Notes: a model not told the origin generated them from the letters alone. A stretch of 48,287 nucleotides of DNA from Candidatus Enterousia sp. (GCA_045576255.1 JAZNGD010000050.1:1-48287), one strand, 5' to 3'. Shown: positions 1 through 8,307, counted from the first letter of the stretch. Program-made: numbers and translations.

Positions 1-33
1 CGTCATCCTGGGGCTTGACCCCAGGATCCAGGT
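1..33. repeat. 33-nt palindromic element, reverse orientation (CGTCATCCTGGGGCTTGACCCCAGGATCCAGGT)
   Basis: Exact reverse complement of the copy at 499-531. Internal hairpin ATCCTGGGG-loop-CCCCAGGAT. The same 33-mer recurs at 45420-45452. Confidence 0.9.
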
Positions 34-50
34 CATATATCATATTTAAC

Positions 51-359
51 ATGTATAATTATCAAAAATATTACTATGTTTATATTTTGGCAAGTAAACA
101 GAATGGTACCCTTTATGTTGGATTTACCGGTAATTTGCCGCAAAGGATATACGAACATAAACAGCATTTAACTCCTGGCTTTACCAGTAAATACGATGTA
201 TATAAACTGGTGTATTTCGAAAGGTTTGATACTGCGGACGAAGCCATAAAACAAGAAAAAAGATTAAAATACTGGCACAGGAAATGGAAAAAAGATTTAA
301 TTGAAAAATATAATCCTGATTGGCGCGATTTGTACGATGATTTGAATAATTTGTTATAG
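51..359 (+). CDS. GIY-YIG nuclease family protein (UPF0213/YhbQ-like)
   Basis: The N-terminus YYVYILASKQNGTLYVGFTGNLPQRIYEHK matches the GIY-YIG core (Y..Y......Y.G.T.....R...H). The track ORF starts at 15 inside the repeat; ATG 51 (MYNYQ) is the plausible start. Confidence 0.85.
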   Translation: MYNYQKYYYVYILASKQNGTLYVGFTGNLPQRIYEHKQHLTPGFTSKYDVYKLVYFERFDTADEAIKQEKRLKYWHRKWKKDLIEKYNPDWRDLYDDLNNLL

Positions 360-367
360 GCATAATA

Positions 368-439
368 ACCTGGATCCTGGGGGGATTCACCCACAAAAAT
401 ATTTTATTTTTGTGGGGCCCGAAAAGCCCCAGGATGACG
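368..439. repeat. composite palindromic element: 33-mer halves split by a 43-nt insert with its own hairpin
   Basis: ACCTGGATCCTGGGG ... GCCCCAGGATGACG flank an inner palindrome CCCACAAAAATA-TTT-TATTTTTGTGGG. The stretch 368-455 recurs at 45572-45659 with one mismatch. Confidence 0.9.
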
Positions 440-498
440 AGGGAGTTTTTAAGTTCTTTTTTTTTTGAAGTTTTTCCCACAAATAAAAAGGAATAATA

Positions 499-624
499 AC
501 CTGGATCCTGGGGTCAAGCCCCAGGATGACGGAAGAAGAATAATAACCTGGATCCTGGGGTCAAGCCCCAGGATGACAAAGAAGAAAAATTACCTGGATC
601 CTGGGGTCAAGCCCCAGGATGACA
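499..624. repeat. three tandem forward copies of the 33-nt palindromic element (period 46-47 bp)
   Basis: ACCTGGATCCTGGGGTCAAGCCCCAGGATGAC at 499, 546 and 592, separated by purine-rich spacers (GAAGAAGAATAATA-like). Confidence 0.9.
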
Positions 625-635
625 AAGAAGAGGGT

Positions 636-659
636 GGGGCGAAAAGCCCCAGGATGACG
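636..659. repeat. half copy (3' half of the composite element)
   Basis: GGGGCGAAAAGCCCCAGGATGACG matches the 3' part of 368-439. Confidence 0.7.
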
Positions 660-689
660 AAAGTGAGTAAGTTCTTTTTTCTTGAAGTT

Positions 690-1958
690 TTATTTTTTAT
701 TTAACTCTTTACGCAGATTTTCCCAATATTCAAGACGCTTTTTTATGTCGCGTTCGAAACCACGTTCAACCGGAAAATAATACCGCTGACGACCCATACT
801 TTCCGGAAAACAATTCTGACCAGAAAAACTGTTCGGGGTGTCCGGGTCGTATATGTACCCGTCGTTGTATCCCATGTCACGCATCATCTTGGTCGGGGCA
901 TTTAATATGTTTCGAGGCGGCATTAGTGACCCGGTCGCACGTGCCGCAGCATAAGCAGCCTTTTGCGCGCGATAATTTCCAATGCTTTTGGGCGCAGTGC
1001 CAAGATATATAACCAGCTGGGTCAGGGCAAGATCGCCTTCGGGACTGCCTAAACGTTCGTACGCAGACCATGCCGCAATCGCAACTTGTAATGCGTTCGG
1101 GTCCGCCAGACCAATGTCTTCAACCGCAAAACGCGTCAGGCGGCGAAATAAATACATCGGGTCTTGGCCAGATGTCATCATGCGCGCCGCCCAATACAAT
1201 GCTGCGTCAGTGTCACTGGCGCGCAAAGATTTATGTACCGCAGATATTAAATTGTAATGTTCGTCACCATGGCGGTCAGATAATGGCGCACGCTTTTGTA
1301 TCACAGAATCTAAATCTGTCGGGGTCAAGGCAGACTGAAATTCCGCGTTTATCAAATATTCAACTGTGTTCAGTAAAAAGCGCGCGTCGCCGTCTGCCAT
1401 TTGCGCCAAATGTGTGCGCGCATCTGTGTCTAATGGTAATTTTTTGCCAGTGTATTCTTCGGCGCGATTAATCAAAGTTAATAAATCTTGGGTCCCAAGC
1501 GAATTTAATACACCAATGTGACAGCGTGATAATAATGCGTTGTTTAAATTAAAACTGGGGTTTTCGGTGGTCGCACCAATAAATACAACTGTGCCGTCTT
1601 CCAGATATGGCAGTAATGTGTCTTGTTGTGTCTTGTTAAAACGATGAATTTCGTCAATGAACAGTATTGTGTTGCGCCCAATGTCGCGATTCATACGTGC
1701 GGAATCCATCGCTTTTTTAATGTCAGATGTCCCAGAAAATACCGCAGACATCGGAACAAAATCCATATCAATCGAATTTGCCAGTGCGCGTGCAATCGTT
1801 GTCTTGCCACAACCGGGCGGCCCCCATAATATCAAATTGGATAACTTTTGACACCCGACCATACGACGAACAATGCCGTTTTCGCCAAGTAATGAATTTT
1901 GGCCAACTATGTCGTCTATGGTCTTGGGACGCATTAAATCTGCAAGTGGACGTGTCAT
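690..1958 (-). CDS. rarA: replication-associated recombination protein A (AAA+ ATPase RarA/MgsA)
   Basis: Walker A GPPGCGKTT, Walker B LFIDEIHRFNK, C-terminal MgsA region (DAALYWAARM, YLGTAPKS, YDYPHD-like YIYDPD). Start chosen at MTRPLADLMRP; the track ORF extends to 2078. Confidence 0.9.
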   Translation of the reverse strand: MTRPLADLMRPKTIDDIVGQNSLLGENGIVRRMVGCQKLSNLILWGPPGCGKTTIARALANSIDMDFVPMSAVFSGTSDIKKAMDSARMNRDIGRNTILFIDEIHRFNKTQQDTLLPYLEDGTVVFIGATTENPSFNLNNALLSRCHIGVLNSLGTQDLLTLINRAEEYTGKKLPLDTDARTHLAQMADGDARFLLNTVEYLINAEFQSALTPTDLDSVIQKRAPLSDRHGDEHYNLISAVHKSLRASDTDAALYWAARMMTSGQDPMYLFRRLTRFAVEDIGLADPNALQVAIAAWSAYERLGSPEGDLALTQLVIYLGTAPKSIGNYRAQKAAYAAARATGSLMPPRNILNAPTKMMRDMGYNDGYIYDPDTPNSFSGQNCFPESMGRQRYYFPVERGFERDIKKRLEYWENLRKELNKK

Positions 1959-2110
1959 TTTTGTTAACTTTTTTTTAAGACTTTTTTGTGATATAATAAT
2001 CTTAGAAAAATCTAAGGAAAATGGCAATTGATAAAATAAAAATTCTGGCTTTGTGTTCTGTGTCAAGGCGTTTGACAAAAATACAAAAATAGAACAAAGG
2101 GGTGAATTTT

Positions 2111-3499
2111 ATGGATACAAAAAAATCTGAAAAAACAGTTGCTGAATTACGCGGTGATAATGTGCGCCACGCCGCAGATAAACTGAAAGATATTCGATTC
2201 AAATTAAAAAAATGGAAAATTTCAGAAGATGATACCAATGCCGATCAATTGCTTGTAAGTAAAAAAAATGAACGCGGTGAAACTGTACTGGAAATAAATA
2301 AAGACGCTTTGAAAAAATGGACAAAACAAAATGCAAAAAAAATCCTGAAATTAACAGGGGGAACCTTGTTGTGGACGGCCGAGTATTTAACACGTACACT
2401 GAATAAACTGGTGGTGGATAACGCGTTCCTTAGAAATATGGAAAAGTTTTCCAGAAATTTTGCGTCAGAAGAATTTATTCGAAAACATCCTTGGTTGGAA
2501 AGTTATAGTCTTTATTTCGCATTGATGACTATGTTTGTGTTTACAGGCGTAAAAGTGGCGGAAGATGTTCTACAGAAAGACGATGAAAATCAAGACGATA
2601 AACAAAAAACAGAAGTCGTTGTCGAAAATCAAGACGATGAACAAAAAGTGACTGAAAAAATAATTGACGCAAATAATAAAAAATTCGTCGAACAAACTGT
2701 TCAAAAATATTGGCCTTGTATCGCAGTTGGATTGACCGAATTAGAAACTTATTACGATGTATCAAAACGTATTGGAACCGAAAAACGTGAAACAAATGGG
2801 CTGGGGTGTACTTATTACTATAAGTATGATGAAAAGGCTGTCTTGCATTGTTATCCTAATGAAATAGGCGAAACAAAAACGTGGTCGATTGATTATAATT
2901 ATGACCAAGCACGCAGACATTTAATCTTTTCTACTATGCCGGCTGTGAAAAACGCAATAAAAAATAAACAAAATATAAAAGAAAAACATATCGTTGCATT
3001 GGCTTTGGCAGGGTACCAAATACAGTCTGATTTAAAAGATATTGCTGATGGTATTTCAAATGCAAAAAATAAACAAGATGTCGCAGATGCTTTCTTGTGT
3101 TATTCGGGTGTAGAAAAATGGCGCGAAGGTACATTGAAAAGAAGATGGTGGTGCGCGGCTTATGCAACAGGTATGATATGTGAAAAAGACTTTTTAAGTT
3201 TGCCGCGTGATGGTTTTTCTCAGATTGTTTTGGACAGTGTTTACCAAAATGGGCATTTTGTTATGACGGATGATGTTGTTCTGTATGCTTTAGAAAGGGC
3301 GAAAACAGGAAAAAAATCGACAGTAAAAGATTTCTTGAAAAACTTTGAAGCAGGAAAAGATATTTTAAAGTCGGTCGAAAGTGAAAATGACGATAAAACA
3401 ATTGCTTTTAATGACGCTATTAAATTAGTCAAACAACAAGATTTATCAAAACAAAATTTTAAGTATTATAACACAGAACAAGATTTCGATATGGCATAA
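2111..3499 (+). CDS. membrane-anchored hypothetical protein; C-terminal region possibly phage-lysozyme-like
   Basis: Long ORF with an SD-like AAGGGG 8 nt upstream of ATG 2111 and one predicted TM (SYSLYFALMTMFVFTGVKVA). It has an acidic ENQDD(K/E)QK duplication. The C-terminal layout LTELETYYDV...TNGLGCTY...VALALAGYQ...TLKRRWWCAAYATG is reminiscent of a GH24 E...TIGYG...ALxSxxYN...RRxxE pattern. Confidence 0.6.
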   Translation: MDTKKSEKTVAELRGDNVRHAADKLKDIRFKLKKWKISEDDTNADQLLVSKKNERGETVLEINKDALKKWTKQNAKKILKLTGGTLLWTAEYLTRTLNKLVVDNAFLRNMEKFSRNFASEEFIRKHPWLESYSLYFALMTMFVFTGVKVAEDVLQKDDENQDDKQKTEVVVENQDDEQKVTEKIIDANNKKFVEQTVQKYWPCIAVGLTELETYYDVSKRIGTEKRETNGLGCTYYYKYDEKAVLHCYPNEIGETKTWSIDYNYDQARRHLIFSTMPAVKNAIKNKQNIKEKHIVALALAGYQIQSDLKDIADGISNAKNKQDVADAFLCYSGVEKWREGTLKRRWWCAAYATGMICEKDFLSLPRDGFSQIVLDSVYQNGHFVMTDDVVLYALERAKTGKKSTVKDFLKNFEAGKDILKSVESENDDKTIAFNDAIKLVKQQDLSKQNFKYYNTEQDFDMA

Positions 3500-3509
3500 G
3501 GATACAGGT

Positions 3510-5507
3510 ATGAAAGTTTTTGTGGATGTACATTATAGTCGATGGAAAAAATATAAAATAGATTTTGAAAAAATTGTCTGTATGGCGGTTTCTGGCGTAC
3601 ACAGCGATTCCGAAGTGTCGATTATTTTGGTCGATGATAAAGAAATTCAATCGATAAATTGTCAGTATCGAAACATAGACAAGCCAACAAATGTTCTGTC
3701 TTTTGAATTGGGTGATGATATTTTGTTGGGGGATATTTATATATCTTTGGATACCGTTTTGCGCGAAGCAAAAGATTTGAATATTTCTGTATATGACCAT
3801 GTCGCGCATATGGTTGTTCATGGCACTTTGCATCTGTTGGGGTATGATCATATTACGGACGAAGAAGCAACTGTTATGGAATTGAAAGAAACAAAAATTT
3901 TAAAAAAAATGAACATTAAAAATCCATATGCAGATAATAAAATTGTGTGCGCAGACGCCAGTTGTTGCCCCGGTTCAAAAATAATTTCAATGTTGAAAAG
4001 TATTAATATAAAAGAAAACGGTTTCTTTCAATATCTTCTATACGCCGGTTTTGGTGCGGTTGCGTCTTTGGGGTTTGCGCCTTTTTATCAATGGTGGTGG
4101 ACATTAATTGGTATAGGTGGGGCATATTGGCTGACCGTACGAAATAATAATATTGGTGGGTTTTGGAAAAGATTTTTGCGTGTTTTCCCGTTTGGTGCAA
4201 TGTACGGATTTGCAATGTTTTGGTGGGTTTTGCATTCTATATATGTGGTGCCAGATTTGACAGCGCAATATGCAATATGGACAATCCCGGGTGCTTTGGG
4301 ATTAATGTTGGCAGGTGGATTGATTTTTTCGTGGCCTTTGGTTGCAGTCGCAGGTAAGAAAAGGTCGCCTGCAGCGCGCGTATGGATGTTTGCCTGTGTT
4401 TGGTCGTTGGTTTTATGGTTGCGTGAATGGTTGTTTACTGGTTTCCCATGGAATCCAATTGCAAATATATTGATGCCGTTTCCTGTGATTGTTAATTCTA
4501 TGTCTGTTTGGGGCGCGTTGGGGTTAAGTTTCATTGTCACTGGTGTTGTCGCAAGCGTAGTTGAATTATTGCTGGATAAAAAAAATAAATCTGTTTTTGT
4601 AACGTTTTTGTTGTTCGTTTGTTTTGTTGTATACGGCGGATTTTGTGGAAAAAATAATATTAAAGCTGCTGGGGGTGGGGCGGAAAATGACGCAACAATA
4701 TTACGGATTGTGCAACCTGCTGCCAGCCAGTCCGAAAAAGCAACACATAATCGTGCCGAAGCTTTGAAACGCGCCCAAGATAATTTGAAAAAAATATTAC
4801 ACTTGGCAAGTGCGTCGGGCGATTATGATATTCTTGTGTTGCCAGAAACATCTTATCCTTTTGTTGTTATGGCAACTGATAATATTGATATTGCGTCATT
4901 TGTTAAAAAGCCTGTTATATTTGGGGCAAATACTTTTGATATGGGGGCGATTTATAATTCTTTGATAGTTTCCGCAGAAAACGGCCGTATAGAAAAGATT
5001 TATAACAAGTCACACTTGGTGCCGTTTGGGGAATACAGACCTTTGGGGTTTTTGCCAGCGCCCGTAAATTTAACCCCTGGTAATGGGCCGGACTTGATTG
5101 GAATTGACGGTTTTGTTTTTGCGCCTGCGATTTGTTATGAAATTATTTTTTCTGATTCTTTGTTGCCGGAAAATTCAGGTGAAGTTCATGGGGTTGTAAA
5201 TATTACAAATGATAATTGGTTCGGTAAAACACCTGGGACATATCAGCATCTTGATATGGTTCGCAGATATGCGATTGAATCAGGGTTGCCAATTGTGCGT
5301 GCAAATTATTCTGGTATCAGTGCTTTTGTTGCATCAGATGGCGAAATTATATCTGCTTTGCCGGTCGGGCAAGCTGGTGTTTTAGATGGATTTGTATGGG
5401 GGGCGCATAACACGTTGTATCGTAAAATTGGGTTAAATCGTTGGATGATTGTAATTTTAATTGTGTCGATTTTAGGTGTGCGTATTTTTGCAACGAAAAA
5501 AGATTAA
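3510..5507 (+). CDS. ybeY/lnt: single ORF fusing YbeY endoribonuclease (N-terminal ~140 aa) to apolipoprotein N-acyltransferase Lnt
   Basis: YbeY motif HMVVHGTLHLLGYDH. After it come multi-TM Lnt N-terminal helices and a CN-hydrolase domain (LVLPETS, SHLVPFGEY, ICYEIIF). There is no in-frame stop between the two parts. Confidence 0.8.
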   Translation: MKVFVDVHYSRWKKYKIDFEKIVCMAVSGVHSDSEVSIILVDDKEIQSINCQYRNIDKPTNVLSFELGDDILLGDIYISLDTVLREAKDLNISVYDHVAHMVVHGTLHLLGYDHITDEEATVMELKETKILKKMNIKNPYADNKIVCADASCCPGSKIISMLKSINIKENGFFQYLLYAGFGAVASLGFAPFYQWWWTLIGIGGAYWLTVRNNNIGGFWKRFLRVFPFGAMYGFAMFWWVLHSIYVVPDLTAQYAIWTIPGALGLMLAGGLIFSWPLVAVAGKKRSPAARVWMFACVWSLVLWLREWLFTGFPWNPIANILMPFPVIVNSMSVWGALGLSFIVTGVVASVVELLLDKKNKSVFVTFLLFVCFVVYGGFCGKNNIKAAGGGAENDATILRIVQPAASQSEKATHNRAEALKRAQDNLKKILHLASASGDYDILVLPETSYPFVVMATDNIDIASFVKKPVIFGANTFDMGAIYNSLIVSAENGRIEKIYNKSHLVPFGEYRPLGFLPAPVNLTPGNGPDLIGIDGFVFAPAICYEIIFSDSLLPENSGEVHGVVNITNDNWFGKTPGTYQHLDMVRRYAIESGLPIVRANYSGISAFVASDGEIISALPVGQAGVLDGFVWGAHNTLYRKIGLNRWMIVILIVSILGVRIFATKKD

Positions 5508-5710
5508 TTCTTGATCACTTGTTTTAATATCCAGACGCGAACAGCAGATGATAAATTTTGACCGTTTGTGCGCGCGGAATCTATATCGTTTATAATTGAT
5601 GCAATCGAGCGATTCTGGCGTATAGACAGTTTTTTTAGCTGTTCTATAAACTCTGATTCTAATGTAATGCTTGTTTGATGCCCTGATAAAGATATTGATA
5701 TTTTTTTCAT
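5504..5710 (-). CDS. ribbon-helix-helix domain protein (RHH_4-like)
   Basis: ISISLSGHQTSITLESEFIEQLKKLS...NLSSAVRVWIL resembles the alphaproteobacterial RHH_4 pattern (S..L.GH.TS..LE..FW..L...A......NL.SA.R...L). Start at MKKISISL, 1 nt after the upstream stop. Confidence 0.65.
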   Translation of the reverse strand: MKKISISLSGHQTSITLESEFIEQLKKLSIRQNRSIASIINDIDSARTNGQNLSSAVRVWILKQVIKN

Positions 5711-5711
5711 A

Positions 5712-6146
5712 TTAAATTTTTCCTGAAACAAGACAGTCGGTTAATGCTTTTAATGGTTCTTCGTACCGACGCAATGGTGTTAAATTTAAATTGTCCAGCA
5801 TATAAAATGTGCCAAATGCATCGAACGCGAACCAGAACAAATCGTTTTTGCCGAAAATGGTTTTCCCAGCCGTTTTTCCAAATACAGAAATATCGTCATT
5901 AACTTTTAACATGCTGGGTATTGGGTATGTGTCTTTTCTTGTTGTCTCGTTTGGGCCAAATATATACGCAGTATCAAGATTTATTGCGCCGACAGTATTA
6001 TAAAGTTCAATCATTATCGGGGGCAACATAGCGTGCCGTCTGTGTTGCAGTGCGCCATTTAATAAAATAATTTGATTCTTGGCAGGGGGCGCAAAGAAAA
6101 TTGCGCCTCGTGATTTTGCGAAAGATAAAAATTCATCAAGTGTCAT
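5712..6146 (-). CDS. hypothetical protein, weakly SUKH/SMI1-KNR4-like
   Basis: 144-aa ORF, translationally coupled downstream. Its layout LPPIMIELYNTVG...IFGPNE...FGKNDLFWFAFDAFGTFYMLD resembles SUKH immunity proteins. Motif-level only. Confidence 0.55.
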   Translation of the reverse strand: MTLDEFLSFAKSRGAIFFAPPAKNQIILLNGALQHRRHAMLPPIMIELYNTVGAINLDTAYIFGPNETTRKDTYPIPSMLKVNDDISVFGKTAGKTIFGKNDLFWFAFDAFGTFYMLDNLNLTPLRRYEEPLKALTDCLVSGKI

Positions 6147-6161
6147 ATTTTATCCTGGGCT

Positions 6162-6668
6162 TTATATGTCGCGGTCTGCGACAATTTGTGATGCCGCTGT
6201 TTCGGTTAATCTGTCTTCTGTTCCGTTGCCACCGGGACCGCCACCAAGTGTGCTGACAGGAATGTATACTTTTTGTTTGGGGTCTGGCAACCATAAAATA
6301 TCGTGACCGCTTTGCAACAGTATAAATCTGTCAAGATTGTATGAGTGGGGAAATGTTAGACACATAAACATATTTTCAACAGATAAATCACCACCCAATA
6401 TCAGCGGTACGCGCAGCCGTATAGAAAAATTTTCTGGAATTTTTTTCCCCATAATAAGATTCATAAAATCGTCTTGGGGCAGCCCATGAATCGCCAACGT
6501 TTCAACAGAATCTGTTAATGACATCATAAATTCTTTGCATAATTTTTTATATACAGAAAACCAGTCAGACGATACTTTTGTCGGTGTTGGTTTGTATTCC
6601 ATCAGTGGCATATCTTTTATGCCCAGTTCCAGAAGTTTTTTTTCAGCAACACTTGAATTTATATGCAT
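6162..6668 (-). CDS. hypothetical protein with degenerate HNH/His-Me-finger-like segment
   Basis: 168-aa ORF whose start overlaps the upstream stop (TGATG). VPLILGGDLSVENMFMCLTFPH resembles ..PL..GG....NL..LC...H, but the leading His pair is LR. Confidence 0.55.
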   Translation of the reverse strand: MHINSSVAEKKLLELGIKDMPLMEYKPTPTKVSSDWFSVYKKLCKEFMMSLTDSVETLAIHGLPQDDFMNLIMGKKIPENFSIRLRVPLILGGDLSVENMFMCLTFPHSYNLDRFILLQSGHDILWLPDPKQKVYIPVSTLGGGPGGNGTEDRLTETAASQIVADRDI

Positions 6669-7588
6669 CAGATTATCTCTATATGTTTAATAACTGTTGA
6701 AATATATTGCGAAAACGCTTCAAATTCTTCCGAAGAATCTTCGTCAGCGATATCTGGATTTTGTTGCATATATTCGCGCAGTTTATCAATCGAATCAAAT
6801 AATAAAATATCTGGTGCTTCGGGGTCGGAAGCATCTGTCGCGTTTACAACAAATCCTTTGGTGGTGATGTCAATTTCGCCATCAAGTGTTTTTTCAAATA
6901 TGCTTTTAAAAGCGTCAATAACACCTTGTACGGCGTTGGTGCCAACGTCAACCGCGCCAATCCACAGTGTAATTTCGTGACCAATTGCAGTCAAAGCAGG
7001 GCAAAATACACCAACGCATGGTGGGGTTTTTATAGTGTACCCAACAGATTCAAATATTTCGACAATTTCGGGATAGTTTTGTGTGATTGTTGCGTCTTGT
7101 ATCTTGATGTCGTTTGGTGATAGGGGGTTGGGTGCCTGGGTTCCATTAGCAACAGGGGCAGGTGGAATATCAGACGAATAATCGATGACAAATGGTTCTT
7201 GTAATGTGTTTGTAGATTCGGGTACAGGTTTTTCAACAACTGTTTCTTTTGTGTGCGATGTGTCGGGTTCAGGGATAGAAACTGTTGGTTGTTCGGTCGG
7301 GGTTGATAAGTCCGGCTTTTTATCTTTTTTTATAAACTTTATTCTGCGTAAACGTGGACGAATTAAAACGTACATACCAAAAATTATGCATGAAAAACCA
7401 ATAAACAACGATATGTAAAATGTTGTTTTTATCGGTTGTTGAGTTGCCTGCATATATGCAAGATGCCGCCAGTGTGCGCCAGATAACAGATTAAAACCAA
7501 AATTTATGTTCATCCAAAAACATAACCCAAGTGTTGACGCAATCAACCACAAAGTGCCCAATAAAAATTTATTAATTTTTTCATTCAT
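6668..7588 (-). CDS. two-TM membrane protein with Pro/Thr/Glu-rich linker and acidic C-terminal domain
   Basis: Start at MNEKINKF. TM segments are FLLGTLWLIASTLGLCFWMNI and FYISLFIGFSCIIFGMYVLI, followed by the basic patch RPRLRRIKFIKKDKK. No recognisable family. Confidence 0.6.
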   Translation of the reverse strand: MNEKINKFLLGTLWLIASTLGLCFWMNINFGFNLLSGAHWRHLAYMQATQQPIKTTFYISLFIGFSCIIFGMYVLIRPRLRRIKFIKKDKKPDLSTPTEQPTVSIPEPDTSHTKETVVEKPVPESTNTLQEPFVIDYSSDIPPAPVANGTQAPNPLSPNDIKIQDATITQNYPEIVEIFESVGYTIKTPPCVGVFCPALTAIGHEITLWIGAVDVGTNAVQGVIDAFKSIFEKTLDGEIDITTKGFVVNATDASDPEAPDILLFDSIDKLREYMQQNPDIADEDSSEEFEAFSQYISTVIKHIEII

Positions 7589-7632
7589 TATGATTTTTAT
7601 TGTATCATATTTATGATAAAGTAAAAAGTACA

Positions 7633-8307
7633 ATGATTAATAAAAATAATTTTTTGAAAAATAATTGCAGTACATCTGCATTGTGGTGCAGCGCGGCGTC
7701 TGATTCTGGCGATTTGGCACGTGTTGCTGAATCTGTTATTCAAAACAAGATTCAGTTGCTGTCTGTTGTGCCAGATGCAATACAGATTATTTGGCCTTGG
7801 ATTGAAAACGTTGATACCAAAGTGTTCGCCAGATTTTATTTTGCGGATAAAAAAATAACAGAAAAACAAATTTCACAAGTGACAGAAAATATTAACACTG
7901 CATTTAAACAAGGGGCGCATGGTGCGCAAGTGTTTTTGCCGTATGTTGCATTGCGAGACTTGGCAACACAAACGCGTGTTATCAAAGATGATTTGTTCTT
8001 TAATAAAGATTTATCAATCGGATTGGATATAAACGAAATCGATTCGTTTGATTGGAAGGATTTATTCGAAGATTTGCGTAAAATAAATGCGTCTTCATTG
8101 ATATTAGTTTTGACAAAAGATGCTGGGGATAAATCTGATTTTGTTGGACGTATTTATGGTATGTTGGATTGTTGGGAAAATGAAAATAATTTTGATTTGC
8201 ATTTCGCTTTTGGGGCGAATTTCCAACGTATAGAGCAGACAAAACGATTAATTCAATCGATGCGACCAGGGTTGGCAAAGGGTATGAAATTCTTTATGAA
8301 TTTTTAA
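7633..8307 (+). CDS. hypothetical protein
   Basis: 224-aa ORF from ATG 7633 (MINKNNFL). No motif I can name with confidence. Confidence 0.55.
   Translation: MINKNNFLKNNCSTSALWCSAASDSGDLARVAESVIQNKIQLLSVVPDAIQIIWPWIENVDTKVFARFYFADKKITEKQISQVTENINTAFKQGAHGAQVFLPYVALRDLATQTRVIKDDLFFNKDLSIGLDINEIDSFDWKDLFEDLRKINASSLILVLTKDAGDKSDFVGRIYGMLDCWENENNFDLHFAFGANFQRIEQTKRLIQSMRPGLAKGMKFFMNF

Noticed and set aside
499-624. Regularly spaced 33-nt repeats that superficially resemble a CRISPR array
   Set aside because: The spacers are only 13-14 nt and are nearly identical to each other (purine-rich GAAGAAGAATAATA-like). The repeats occur singly and in both orientations elsewhere. No cas genes are visible. 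This is a tandemly duplicated palindromic element, not CRISPR.
465-704. Track ORFs 465-704 (+), 45536-45946 (+), 45409-45600 (-), 45705-46004 (-) and 45722-45934 (-)
   Set aside because: Their translations are repeat text (LDPGVKPQDD, SPRMTKKK reiterated) produced by reading through the palindromic elements. They have no SD or domain content. I treat them as non-coding.
1959-2078. N-terminal extensions given by the track for rarA, trmB (to 9050), miaB (to 33451), trxA (to 17332), gatC, ruvX, nrnA, the SPOR protein and tatA
   Set aside because: The conserved protein N-termini begin at internal Met codons, with better spacing to upstream genes or SD-like sequences. The extensions overlap neighbouring genes or repeats.
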